A DNA stretch of 64,000 nt from an uncultured Verrucomicrobiae bacterium (GCA_963834385.1 CAWIBO010000003.1:192001-256000); one strand, 5' to 3'; shown: positions 1 to 10,198, numbered from the stretch's first letter. Numbers and translations are program-made. Notes: generated by a model from the sequence alone, not told the origin.

Positions 1-117
1 TTCGGAAGACATTTGTGCCGGTAACTAACAAAGAATGCCGGATGTGACTAGGAGCTGTTTTCAGGCGGCGACATCGCCACTCTTCCTTTCCGGCAGGGTT
101 TCCGGTAGGGAAAAGCC

Positions 118-2221
118 ATGCATGGGACGTGGACGGGAGTTATCGCAAGGACGGTCGGAGGGCTGATCCTGGCCGCGGCCACGGTGTCGGCCCTGCCGCC
201 ACCGGTGCAGCGCGGGGAGGTCAGCGTGGAACTGGAGCTGGTGGCGCGGGGATTGGTTTCCCCGCTGGAGGCGGTGGCGGCGCCCGGCGATACGAGCCGT
301 CTTTATATTGTCGAGCAGCCGGGCCGGGTGAGGGTGGTGGAAAACGGGCTCCTGCAAACGACTCCTTTCCTGGATGTCAGCCTCCGGATCAAGACGGGAG
401 ACGAATACGGCCTCCTGGGGTTCGCATTTCATCCCGATTACGCCGATTCGACCCGCCCGGGCTACGGCACGGTCTATACCTACACCACCGAGCCGGTCAG
501 CGGCATGCCCGATTTCACCGTGCCGATGGAGGGAGCCTTTTCCCACGAAGGCGTCCTCGCGGAATGGAAGGTCTCCGCGTCGGGCACCATTGACCCGGCC
601 ACGCGGCGCGAGGTGCTGCGCTTCTCGCATCCCCAGCAAAATCACTCGGGAGGCACCATCGCCTTCCGGCCGTCGGACGGTTACCTCTACATGGCGATCG
701 GCGACGGCGGCCTCGGCAGTTTCGACCAGGGGCCGGGCCATACTCCCGGGATCGGGAACGCTCAGGATACGAACAATCTCCTGGGAGACATTCTCCGGCT
801 TGATCCGCTCGATCCGGCCACCACGCCGGGGAGCGCGGACGCAGTTTCCGGAAACGGCAAATACCGCATCCCGGCGGACAACCCCTTCGTGGGTCAGGAT
901 GGGCTCGACGAGATTTTCGCGTTCGGCTTTCGCAATCCCTATCGGTTCAGCTTCGATCCCGCGACCGACCGGCTCATCGCGGGCGATGTGGGCCAGGCCA
1001 AGGTGGAGGAGGTGGACCTCGTCGTGCGCGGGGGGAATTACGGCTGGGTGCGCAAGGAAGGCAGCTACCTTTTTAACCGGGGGACGCTTTCCGAGGATAC
1101 CAATCCCGATCCGGCCCTGATCGATCCCGTCCTGGAGTATGGTCATGGCGACGGCGCGGCCGTGATTGGCGGATATATCTATCGCGGCTCCCGGATTCCT
1201 GCGCTCTCGCGGTCTCTACGTTTTCGGCGACTTCCTCCATTACAGCCAGGGCACCGGCCGGCTCTTTTACAGTGACATCACTTCCGGGATTGTGCGCGAA
1301 CTGCGGCTCGGCCACACGGCCCGAAAACTTGGACGCCGCATCAAGGGATTTGGGCGCGACCATGCCGGTGAACTCTACGTGTGCGCGGACGCGGCCGGGG
1401 TCGGCGGCGAAGTTCTGCGTCTCGTCCCGGTGCCACCGCGGCCGGTCCTGCTCAACCTCTCGACCCGGGCCCGGGTCGGGACGGGCGATAATGTGGTCAT
1501 CGGCGGCTTTATCGTCACCGGGAGTGCGCCGAAGACCCTGGTCCTGCGCGGGCTTGGCCCCTCCCTCCGCGACGGCCGGGGCGCCCTTGCCGGGTCGCTG
1601 GAGGATCCGGTCATTACTCTCTTCAACGCGAACGGGGTCGAACTCGCCTCCAACGACAACTGGGGCGATCACCCTCGCCGGGACGAGCTGGCCGGCCTGG
1701 GCTTTGCGCCGTCGCAGCCGGAGGAGGCCGCCCTGGTGGTGGAACTGCCGCCCGGGGCCTACACCGTCTGGTTGCGCGGAAGCGGTGACACCGTCGGCAT
1801 CGGGCTGGCCGAGATCTACGACGTGGACCAGGGGGCCCCGGCTGCGCCGGTGAATATTTCCACGCGCAGCCGTGTGCTGACAGGAGACAACGTCATGATT
1901 GCCGGTTTCATCATCGGGGGGACGGAGGAGCGCCGGGTGTTCGTGCGCGCGCTGGGACCGTCGCTGGGGGCGGCCGCTCTTGCCAACGTGCTGGACGACC
2001 CGCGCGTTGAGCTGGTGGACGAGATGGGGATTGTCCTCGCCAGCAACGACGACTGGAAAACCGACCAGGCCTCGATCGAGGCAACCGGCCTTGCGCCGGG
2101 GAACGACAAGGAAGCGGCGGTGGTGCGGACGCTTGCCCCGGGGGCCTACACCGCCATTGTTCGCGGTTCCGGCAACGACACCGGCGTCGCGCTGGTCGAG
2201 GCGTACGTGGTGGCCGAATAG
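118..2221 (+). CDS. Secreted glucose/sorbosone (PQQ-dependent sugar) dehydrogenase-like beta-propeller protein with duplicated C-terminal NLSTR/NISTR domain; apparent frameshift near 1207
   Basis: Signal-peptide-like N-terminus. Motifs GLLGFAFHPDY, NHSGG, YMAIGDGG, GFRNPYRFSFD, GDVGQ, GGNYGW and GGYIYRG lie in ORF 118..1275; the protein continues as GLYVFGDF in the frame of ORF 1166..2221. Confidence 0.8.
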
Positions 2222-2784
2222 CCCGGGCTGCCTCCTGCGAGGTGGCACCAATCGACCGGCACCTCCTGCCGGCGCATGAAGCGATCCTGGTAGGAAAGCA
2301 TCTTCTCGGCGCAACCGCGTTCATGGACGAGTTTGGTCACCTTGACGTCGAAGCAGCAGTACTCGGCGATCTCCATGATGCGTCCTTCGCGCCACCATTT
2401 GATGGCGTCGAGCCCGGCGGCGATCTTCTGCACCCCGAGCGTGGCCGTGGCGACGCTGTCCAGCCCGACCCGGTGCCCGAGCCGCTGTTCGAGATCGAGC
2501 AAAAGATCAAAGGTGGGAAGTTCCGTGCAAAGGTCGAGGATGGTGTAGCCCATCAGGACCTGATAATCGAAATTCAGAACGTTGAACCCGACCACCAGAT
2601 CGGCCCGGCGGAGGCGTTCAATGAGATGGTGGACGCGGTTTTCGTCGAAGATTTCATAGCGTCCGGTGACGGAACTGAAAATCACCCCGATGGACATGCG
2701 CATGTCGCCCTTGCGCAGCCAGCCGCCGGCGTCATTGGCGGTCCGCTGGGTCTCGAGGTCGAAATAGAGAATTTCGCGCGGCAT
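2146..2784 (-). CDS. Stand-alone RNase H-like (DEDD) 3'-5' exonuclease-domain protein
   Basis: Motifs YFDLET (Exo I), VGFNVLNFD (Exo II) and EYCCFDV (Exo III). The 3' end overlaps the convergent gene, so the true stop may be earlier. Confidence 0.75.
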   Translation of the reverse strand: MPREILYFDLETQRTANDAGGWLRKGDMRMSIGVIFSSVTGRYEIFDENRVHHLIERLRRADLVVGFNVLNFDYQVLMGYTILDLCTELPTFDLLLDLEQRLGHRVGLDSVATATLGVQKIAAGLDAIKWWREGRIMEIAEYCCFDVKVTKLVHERGCAEKMLSYQDRFMRRQEVPVDWCHLAGGSPGYSATTYASTSATPVSLPEPRTMAV

Positions 2785-2809
2785 CCCCCATGCAAGCGGA
2801 ACGAGGCCG

Positions 2810-3598
2810 CTACTTCAACGTAAAAGCGCCGGCATCAAACGGCATCATCCGGTTCAGCCCGGCCAGCCGCACTTGCGCCACCGCCTCCGTTTCGTCCTGG
2901 AAAACGTCGAGCGTGCTCCGCGCGGTTTTCCAAAGGACGATCCGCCGGATTTTCTCGTCCGCGCTGATCGTCCGGAGCGGGAGACCATCGGCTGTCTGCA
3001 GCCAGCTTTCCTCGTCATCGAAGGCGACCTCCAGCGCAAGGGTCCGGCGGGCGTCATTTTCCAGCGGGTTGGGCACGAGCTTCACGAACATGCGGTCGGG
3101 CGGCGGGCTGGCCCCGGCTGCGGGACTGCGGACAGGCACGCCGGCCTCGACGGAAAAGATTTCATGGCCCGAAGCCGGGTCGTCCTCGGCCGGGAGAGGG
3201 GAGGAATCCGGCGAGGCCTGCTGGAAAAAGTAGGCGATAAATTCCGGGGCAATGCGGTGGCTGACCATGATGCCGCGCGCATGGTATTTGCCGGGTGGCA
3301 TCTCGCTCCCTTCGTCGTTCCGGCCGTCCCAGAAGGTGACGAGGGCGTCATCCCCAATCTGGAAACGACTGATCTCGTCTTCCCGGTGCAGGACCCGGAC
3401 GAGCCGTCCCTCCCCGTCGTAGATGCCGAGGCTGATCGTTCCTTCCATGGGCGGCGGCAGGAAGCTGATTCGCACCGAGCGATCAGGTGCGGGGGCGGCT
3501 GCGGGCGAAACGGATGGAGCAGGCTCCGGCGTCGGCTCGGCGGTCGCGGCCCCGGCGGCGAGGAGAAGCGAGAGGAAAACGGCCGCGCGCGTCTTCAT
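2810..3598 (-). CDS. Secreted hypothetical protein with FlgD Ig-like segment
   Basis: Signal peptide; ISLGIYDGEGRLVRVL...WDGRNDEGSEMPPGKY is typical of FlgD_ig; start overlaps the upstream stop. Confidence 0.65.
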   Translation of the reverse strand: MKTRAAVFLSLLLAAGAATAEPTPEPAPSVSPAAAPAPDRSVRISFLPPPMEGTISLGIYDGEGRLVRVLHREDEISRFQIGDDALVTFWDGRNDEGSEMPPGKYHARGIMVSHRIAPEFIAYFFQQASPDSSPLPAEDDPASGHEIFSVEAGVPVRSPAAGASPPPDRMFVKLVPNPLENDARRTLALEVAFDDEESWLQTADGLPLRTISADEKIRRIVLWKTARSTLDVFQDETEAVAQVRLAGLNRMMPFDAGAFTLK

Positions 3599-5160
3599 GC
3601 GTAGTAGCGCCAGTTCACCTCGGGAAACAGGTTGTTGCGCTCCTCACACTCGCGCAGGTAGGCGTCGTCCACCTGGTGATCCATCAATTGCTGATAGAGC
3701 CGGTTAAAACGGATGATGTGGTCGGTGGTCCGTCGGACGGCATAGGGCCGGGCCGTGCCGGTTTTCATCAGGAAAGCCCAGTCGCTGGATTGCATGAGGA
3801 GAAGCTCGCGCACCATCTGCCGCAGGACGCGATGGGCCGCGGTGTCGGCATCGGCGGCGTGGGCGCGGGCCACCTCGATCATGCGGCGGGCGGAGGCGTG
3901 CAGGTGAGGATAAATCCAGGAGTTGTTGTGATCAATCCAGACGGCCAGGTGGCCTTTCTCGCCCCAGCTGGAGGCCGCCGGCGCGATGATCTGCTGCGTC
4001 GGATGCTCGTGCAGGTAACGGCTCGGCGTAGTCAGGGCAAAAGCCTGCTGGCGCGCGGCCAGGCGAATAAAGGTCTCGAGGAAATGCGGGCCTTCAAACC
4101 ACCAATGGCCGAAAAGCTCCGCATCGAACGGGGTCACCACGATGGGCGCAGCCTGGCCGAGACTCTCGAACTGGGCCCGGCGCGCCTCCAGGAAGTGCCC
4201 GGCATGTTCCTCGGCGCGCCGGCGGGCTTGTTCCGGATCGTAAAAGTCCTTCTTCTCCGCGGGGCCGGTGACGCGATGATATTTGAGGCCGGTGAAGCGA
4301 CGCGGCGCATCCTCCGGCTGGTGCGGCCAAAGGTAGGTGACCGGCCGCTCAAAGCCGATGTCGTGGTAGAATTCCCGGTAGTCCGGGTCGCCCGGATAAC
4401 CTTCATGAGCGCTCCAGACCTGGCGGCTGGAGGCCCGGTCGCGTCCAAAGACAGCCGGGCCCGCTCGCGTGTAGCAGGGCGCGTAGATGGCATGCCGCGG
4501 CCGGGGATTGCCGAAAAGAAGACCGTGCGCGTCCACGATAAACCAGCGCAGGTTGGCTTCGCGGAGATGCTGTTCCAGCCCGGGCGCGAAGGCGCATTCC
4601 GGGAGCCAGAAAGCCGCCGGGTCAGTCCCGAAGTGCTGCCGGAAAACGTCGCGCCCGATGAGAATCTGTGCCCGGGCCGCCCGGGGCGAATCCTGCAACA
4701 GGGGCAGCAGGCCATGGGTGGCGGCCGAGGCGATGATTTCGAGGGAACCGGCCTCGTGCAGGGAACGGAGCACCGCGAGGAGATCGGTCTGCCATTCCTC
4801 GACGAAGAGCCGACGGCATTCCCGGAAATGCCGCAGATAGAACCCGGCCAGACCGGCCAGGGCGGGATCATCCCGGTTGCGTTCCTCTTCACGGAGAGCC
4901 AGCTCGATGCTTCGGTCCAGGTGACGCACATAACGGTCACGCAGGAGCGGATCGGCCAGCATCGCGCAGAGCGAGGGCGTCACCGTCATGGTGAGGGCAA
5001 AGGGCACATTCTCGGCCGAGAGCCGCTGCATCATGGCGACGAGCGGAATGTAGCTCTCGCTGATGGCCTCGAAGAGCCAGTCTTCCTCGAGCGCTTCCTC
5101 CATCTCGGGGTGACGCACGAAGGGAAGGTGGGCGTGCAGGACGAGGGCGAGCGAGTTCAT
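3595..5160 (-). CDS. Glycoside hydrolase family 57, 1,4-alpha-glucan branching enzyme type (DUF1957)
   Basis: Motifs LHAHLPFVRHP, WLFEAISESYIP, FWLPECAF, PFDAELFGHWWFEG and QSSDWAF. Confidence 0.92.
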   Translation of the reverse strand: MNSLALVLHAHLPFVRHPEMEEALEEDWLFEAISESYIPLVAMMQRLSAENVPFALTMTVTPSLCAMLADPLLRDRYVRHLDRSIELALREEERNRDDPALAGLAGFYLRHFRECRRLFVEEWQTDLLAVLRSLHEAGSLEIIASAATHGLLPLLQDSPRAARAQILIGRDVFRQHFGTDPAAFWLPECAFAPGLEQHLREANLRWFIVDAHGLLFGNPRPRHAIYAPCYTRAGPAVFGRDRASSRQVWSAHEGYPGDPDYREFYHDIGFERPVTYLWPHQPEDAPRRFTGLKYHRVTGPAEKKDFYDPEQARRRAEEHAGHFLEARRAQFESLGQAAPIVVTPFDAELFGHWWFEGPHFLETFIRLAARQQAFALTTPSRYLHEHPTQQIIAPAASSWGEKGHLAVWIDHNNSWIYPHLHASARRMIEVARAHAADADTAAHRVLRQMVRELLLMQSSDWAFLMKTGTARPYAVRRTTDHIIRFNRLYQQLMDHQVDDAYLRECEERNNLFPEVNWRYYA

Positions 5161-5244
5161 CGCGGGAGCAATAACCGAAAAGAGGACCGGAACGGATTCA
5201 AGCCGGCAGGAAGAACAGGGTGGGCGGCGCGGGCCGCGTCGGCG

Positions 5245-6408
5245 CTAGAGCGTCCGGCAGAAATCCTGGAAGCGGTCCAGGCCCTTCTTGATGATGTCGA
5301 TGCTGGTGGCGTAACTAAGCCGCACCGTCCGGTCATCACCAAAAGCCGCGCCCGGGACGACGGCGACATTCGACTTGCTGAGCAGGCGATCGGCAAAGTT
5401 CTGCGAGGTAAGCCCAAGCTGGCTGATATTGACGAGGATGTAGAAGGCGCCCTGCGGTTTGACCGCGGTGATGTTCGGAATCTTCGAGAGCCGATCAAAC
5501 ATGTAATTGCGGCGCAGATCGAATTCTTCGCGCATGTCCTGGAGCGGCTGTTGGTCACCGCGCAGGGCGGCAATGGCGCCGCGCTGGGAAAAGGAGGAGG
5601 GGTTCGAGGTGCTGTGGCTCTGGATGGAATCGACCGCCTTCACGATGGCCTCGGGCGCCGCGAGGTAGCCAAGCCGCCACCCGGTCATGGCGTAGGCTTT
5701 GCTGAACCCGTTGATGGTGATGGTGAGGTCGTAGGCCTCCTTGGAGAGCGAGGCGATGCTGACGTGCTGGACGTCGTCATAGACCAGCTTCTCGTAGATC
5801 TCGTCGGAGAGGATGTAGATGTCCTCCTCGGCTGCCACCTCCACCATGGCCTCGAGTTCCTCGCGGGTGTAAACCGCGCCCGCCGGGTTGCTGGGGGAGT
5901 TGAGAATGAGCATCTTCGTCCGCGGCGTCATGGCGTTCTCGAAATCCTCCGCCCGCAGTTTCCACGAGTTCCGCTCGGTCGTGGGCACGATGACCGGCTC
6001 GGCCCCGGCGAGGCGGACCATGTCCGGGTAGCTGACCCAATAGGGTGCGGGGATGATGACTTCATCGCCCGGCTGGCAGGTGGCCAGGATGGCGTTGTAA
6101 CAGGCATGCTTGGCTCCGTTGCTCACCACCACCTGCGACGGACGATAATCCAGCCCGTTGTCGTTCTTGAGCTTTTCGGCGATGGCCTGGCGAAGCTCCG
6201 GCACCCCGGCGCTCGGGGTATACTTGGTGAACCCCGCCTGGAGCGCGTCGATCGCCGCCGCCTTGATATGGTCAGGCGTATCGAAGTCAGGCTCGCCCGC
6301 GCCAAACCCGCAGACGTCAATGCCCTCGGCTTTCATGGCCTTGGCCTTGCTGTCGATCTGCAGGGTCAGTGAGGAGGTAAGTTTCGCGGCGCGCTCTGAG
6401 ATTTCCAT
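5245..6408 (-). CDS. PLP-dependent class I aminotransferase (aspartate aminotransferase-like)
   Basis: Motifs GEPDFDTP, NSPSNPAG, SDEIY and SKAYAMTGWRLG. Confidence 0.93.
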   Translation of the reverse strand: MEISERAAKLTSSLTLQIDSKAKAMKAEGIDVCGFGAGEPDFDTPDHIKAAAIDALQAGFTKYTPSAGVPELRQAIAEKLKNDNGLDYRPSQVVVSNGAKHACYNAILATCQPGDEVIIPAPYWVSYPDMVRLAGAEPVIVPTTERNSWKLRAEDFENAMTPRTKMLILNSPSNPAGAVYTREELEAMVEVAAEEDIYILSDEIYEKLVYDDVQHVSIASLSKEAYDLTITINGFSKAYAMTGWRLGYLAAPEAIVKAVDSIQSHSTSNPSSFSQRGAIAALRGDQQPLQDMREEFDLRRNYMFDRLSKIPNITAVKPQGAFYILVNISQLGLTSQNFADRLLSKSNVAVVPGAAFGDDRTVRLSYATSIDIIKKGLDRFQDFCRTL

Positions 6409-6448
6409 GATATTGCTCGACGGATTAAGGGTTTATGGGGAGCGCACA

Positions 6449-7528
6449 TTAGGAGCGCCCGTAGAAACTTTCAATGAGGGGTTTGAGGTTGTTCTGGTCG
6501 ACCTGCACAATGCCCATCTCGCGCCGCGCGTTTTCGGCTGAATCCGAGGCGTGGGCGGCGTTGACCATGATCGACTGGCCGAACTCCTTGCGGATGGAGC
6601 CCGGGGGCGCCTTGCTCGGATCGGTCGGCCCGAGAACTTCGCGGATTTTCCGGACGGCGTCTTCGCCCTGGTAGACAAGGGCGATGCATTTCTCCGAGCC
6701 CGGCTGGGAGCGTTCCTCCTCTTTCACCGCGCTCGGCCGGCCGCCTGACATGAACTGGACAATGTCCTCCCACGCGCCGCGCCCCTTTTCCGCGCCGAGC
6801 TTTTCCTCGAGCACGGGCAGGACCGGTCCGTAAAACTCCTGCGCCTGGGCCACGCTCATGCGATGCACCTTGAAACCGACAATGTAGAGCCCGGTCCGCG
6901 AGAAAACCTCGATGACGCCGCCGGGACGCAGGTTCGGAAACTTGAAGTTGTCCGGCTTGATCAGGACGAGGGTCTTCTCGACGCGGGCGCCTTCCGGGTA
7001 GGTCATGACCTGGTCGAGAATGCCGCCGTCCTTGTCCGAATATTCCGCCCAGAGTTTGAGATCATTTTCCACCGCCGGCGGCTCGAAGGCGGTCAGAACC
7101 GCGGGCTCAAAATATTTCACCCCGCCTTTTTCGTCGGTGACATAGTCGCCAAAGGTGTCGCGGACGGTTTCGCCGCTGGTGCGCTCGTGCACGATGTGGC
7201 CGACCACCTGGTGCATGCGCTCGATCGCGTTCTCGCCGCGAAAGACGAGCAGCATGACCCGGGCGCGCTGACCGGCGACGGTGCCGGTAAAATTTTTCAG
7301 GACGTACTCGCGGATGAGTTCCTGGGTGGCGCGATGGCGTTCGTGCTCCTTCTCCGTCACGATCCCCTCGGCGTAGCGGCGCACCAGCTCCTCGCTTGGG
7401 GCGAACATCCGGCCGGCCACCAGGTCGAGGCCGGTGCGCGAGATCAGGCGTGAAATGATGCCGCCCGTGCGCGATTTGCGCATCGAATAGGGCGTGACGA
7501 TGACGTAGGAAAGTTGTTCAGCGGGCAT
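6449..7528 (-). CDS. ndk: Nucleoside-diphosphate kinase, two-domain form
   Basis: C-terminal domain has EKTLVLIKPD, GPTDP, PGSIRKEFG and NAAHASDS; the N-terminal half is a degenerate NDK-like copy. Confidence 0.85.
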   Translation of the reverse strand: MPAEQLSYVIVTPYSMRKSRTGGIISRLISRTGLDLVAGRMFAPSEELVRRYAEGIVTEKEHERHRATQELIREYVLKNFTGTVAGQRARVMLLVFRGENAIERMHQVVGHIVHERTSGETVRDTFGDYVTDEKGGVKYFEPAVLTAFEPPAVENDLKLWAEYSDKDGGILDQVMTYPEGARVEKTLVLIKPDNFKFPNLRPGGVIEVFSRTGLYIVGFKVHRMSVAQAQEFYGPVLPVLEEKLGAEKGRGAWEDIVQFMSGGRPSAVKEEERSQPGSEKCIALVYQGEDAVRKIREVLGPTDPSKAPPGSIRKEFGQSIMVNAAHASDSAENARREMGIVQVDQNNLKPLIESFYGRS

Positions 7529-7621
7529 GGTTTGTCCCCGCGGCTCTTGATCCAACCGCGTGAGGGCAGAGAAACCGGGCCGCTAAGGGTGCCGGAACGT
7601 AGCCGTCCGCCTTTCACTCCG

Positions 7622-8473
7622 TCAAATGCGTTTTTGCGCCGTGTGATGAACCAGCAGCGCAATCCATTTCCCGCGCCGGCGAACTGTCACGGGCCGCAGG
7701 CCGGCCCGGCGGAGCACGCGGACGAAAGCAGCCTCCTGCGCCCGCAGGAGCCCGGAAAAAATGGCCAGGCCGCCGGGTGCGAGATGGCGCACCAACCGGG
7801 GCAGGGCCGCCCGGAGCACTTCGCTGTAGAGGTTGGCCATGAGCACGTCGAAGCGGGCCGGCGATTCCCAGGTGGTCGCATCACCGGTGACGAAACGAAC
7901 ACCCTTGATCCCGTTCCGCCGGGCATTGCGCCGCGCGGTCTTGATGGCCACCGGGTCGTGGTCAAACCCAAGGACGCTGCCGGCGCCAAGGCATTTCGCG
8001 GCCAGCGCGAGGATTCCGCTGCCGCTCCCGGCATCGAGCAGAGTCCATCCCGCGGGGAAAGCGCGGGCGCTCTCCTCGAGCAAGCGAAGCGACATCGCGG
8101 TGGTGGCGTGGCGGCCGGTCCCGAAGGCTGCTTCCGCGGGAATATGGAGGGTGAAGGCCGACCCCGGGAACGGCGCAGAGGGATGCGGCACAACGGGAGC
8201 CTCACGATTCACCACCAGAAGGTAACGGCCGACCCGCAGGGGTTTTGCCGCGGGGGATTGCAGCCAGCGCAACGGCAGATCCGGCGGGAGATGCCGAAAA
8301 GTTCCGCCGAGCCGTCGTTTCAAGGCGCGCGCGGCGGCCAGGGTGGGCCGGCACATTTCCACCGTGAGCCGGGCGAACCCGGGCCGCTCGATCACCGCCG
8401 CACCGTTCGCGCTGAGGAACGGTTCCATTTTCTCAGCCCATGCCGGGGTAACGGCTTTGCGCCAGAGGTACAC
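7622..8473 (-). CDS. prmA: Ribosomal protein L11 methyltransferase family
   Basis: AFGTGRHATT, LDAGSGSGIL, ANL and FSGLL. The GTG start at 8473 is inferred. Confidence 0.85.
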   Translation of the reverse strand: MYLWRKAVTPAWAEKMEPFLSANGAAVIERPGFARLTVEMCRPTLAAARALKRRLGGTFRHLPPDLPLRWLQSPAAKPLRVGRYLLVVNREAPVVPHPSAPFPGSAFTLHIPAEAAFGTGRHATTAMSLRLLEESARAFPAGWTLLDAGSGSGILALAAKCLGAGSVLGFDHDPVAIKTARRNARRNGIKGVRFVTGDATTWESPARFDVLMANLYSEVLRAALPRLVRHLAPGGLAIFSGLLRAQEAAFVRVLRRAGLRPVTVRRRGKWIALLVHHTAQKRI

Positions 8474-8486
8474 GCGGCAAAGTAGC

Positions 8487-8524
8487 AAAAAAAAACGGCA
8501 GCGAAGTCACGCTTCGCTGCCGTT
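8487..8524 (-). terminator. Intrinsic terminator of the 8563..9105 gene
   Basis: Perfect 13-bp stem AACGGCAGCGAAG/CTTCGCTGCCGTT, 5-nt loop and a T-run on the minus strand. Confidence 0.85.
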
Positions 8525-8562
8525 CTAATTAACCGTCTCCAGGGACGGTTCTGCCGCTGGGA

Positions 8563-9105
8563 TTAGTCTTCGTTATTTCCGGACTTCCGCTCGGCGTCGG
8601 CTTCCACGCTGGTGCCGTCCTCATCGGACTTCACCTTGGCGCCGGCACTGGTCTCGCCGTCAGCCGCGTTTTTCACGGTCTTGCGGGCGGACTTGGCGGC
8701 GTCCTTGGTGCGATCAGCCGCTTTTTCCGCGGTGTTTTCGGCACGGTCAGCGGTTTTTTCCGCGGTCTTTTCAACACGATCCGCGGTGCGTTTCGCTGTG
8801 GCTTCGGCGCGATCGCCAGTCTTTTCCACGCGATCGCCAACCTTGTTGGCCGTGGCTTCGGCCTTGTCACGCGTCTTGTCCGCGGCCTTGCGAACCTTGT
8901 CGTCGTCGACCTTGGCATTGACGCCGGCACTGACGTTTTGGCTGGAAGTGGCGTTCAAGTCAGCCGCCTGAGTGGTGGCATTGAGGTTCTGCGCGCCGGT
9001 GACCTGGGCGGCCCCGCCGGTGTTGAGCTGGGCGCCGGCCTGGCCGGGCAGAATGAGGCAACCTGCGGCTGCCAGCGTGAGGAATGATTTGATCCCGATC
9101 GTCAT
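8563..9105 (-). CDS. Secreted hydrophilic protein with 11-aa K/A/D/E/T repeats (LEA-like)
   Basis: Signal peptide, good SD (AAGGAG), repeats such as RVEKTAEKTAD and RAENTAEKAAD, and a downstream terminator. Confidence 0.75.
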   Translation of the reverse strand: MTIGIKSFLTLAAAGCLILPGQAGAQLNTGGAAQVTGAQNLNATTQAADLNATSSQNVSAGVNAKVDDDKVRKAADKTRDKAEATANKVGDRVEKTGDRAEATAKRTADRVEKTAEKTADRAENTAEKAADRTKDAAKSARKTVKNAADGETSAGAKVKSDEDGTSVEADAERKSGNNED

Positions 9106-9306
9106 ATAATTTTCTCCTTCTTCTGTCTCCTTCGCCCGGCAGCACGAACCATTGAAGTAACACGTTGAAGAACAACGATTTAACGGAACATCCCGCCGTC
9201 CTAAACGAAGGCGTTATGGCATCTTAGACGGGAACGCCGCAGCCTTGTTCAACGTGCCGCGGAAAATGCCGGGAAATTTCCCGCCGGCCCGGGGCCAAAA
9301 AAAGAG

Positions 9307-9381
<75 letters not shown>

Positions 9382-9459
9382 ATTGTTTGGGGAGGGGAAT
9401 AATGCCGACGCGTTTCCCGGGCGCAAGGTTTAATTGGATGGGAGGGCGCGCCACTTTTT

Positions 9460-9488
9460 TGAATCCAAAACCTCGGGTGGCCGCATCT
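9460..9488 (+). promoter_or_regulatory. Candidate ECF-sigma promoter (TGAATCC-N16-GCATCT)
   Basis: ECF-like bipartite spacing, 9 nt upstream of the first ATG of an operon that encodes an ECF sigma factor; pattern inference only. Confidence 0.35.
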
Positions 9489-9497
9489 CACGGTTAA

Positions 9498-10189
9498 ATG
9501 AAGACTATTCCCAACCTTGTTTGCCTTGGCCTGTTGTTCCTGGCCACCAGCCTTTTTGGCCAGTCCCCCACCGTCGCGCCGGACGCGGCCGCTTCCCCCG
9601 CAGCCACCGTGGCCGCTGATCCGGCGGCCACGGTTTCCCCGGCCGCGGTTGTCTCGCCGACGATCAGCCCCTCCTCTGCGGACCTGATGCAGCGCAAGAT
9701 TCACGAAAAGATTGAGCGCAAACTGAACCGCACGGTCGACGTCCGGGTGGACCGTCACCATGACGAGGACGACGGCCGGGATCGCGGTCATCGCGGCGGC
9801 GATTTTCCGGAGGAGATCCTGATCGTGCCCGTGGTGGGCTGGTGTTTCTTTCGCCGGTCCTGATCGTGGGCCTGGTGATGTTTTTCAGTTACTGGAAGAC
9901 CCGCACGCTGCATCGCACCGTCCGGGCCATGGTGGAAAAGGGGCAGGAAGTGCCGCCGGGGCTTCTGGCGCCCGTGGCCGCGCCGGAACGTCCGCGCTCG
10001 GACCTTCGCCGGGGCATCATTCTTGTCACCGTGGGAGCCGGCATCATGCTCTTCCTCGGGGCGGTGAACGACTGGGATGGCGGGGCCTGGGCGGTTGGAA
10101 TCATCCCATTCATGATTGGCGTCGGCTACCTCGTGGTGGCGCGGATGGAAGGCCTGAAAAAGGAGACAACACCCCCCTCTCTTCCGTAG
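9498..10189 (+). CDS. DUF6249-like membrane protein with N-terminal signal/low-complexity region; apparent frameshift near 9835-9850
   Basis: ORF 9498..9863 joins ORF 9842..10189 (LHRTVRAMVEKGQEVP...DLRRGIILV...GIIPFMIGVGYL); directly upstream of an ECF sigma. Confidence 0.65.
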
Positions 10190-10198
10190 CCTCAGGAC

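Noticed and set aside
3487..6372. Long antisense ORFs (for example 3487..6372 +, 20965..24258 -, 29924..31837 +, 60047..61708 +)
   Set aside because: Shadows of well-supported opposite-strand genes in GC-rich DNA, with no recognisable motifs.
9161..9256. 9-bp inverted repeat CACGTTGAA/TTCAACGTG upstream of the LEA-like gene
   Set aside because: Short, with arms about 75 bp apart; could be chance and has no supporting evidence.
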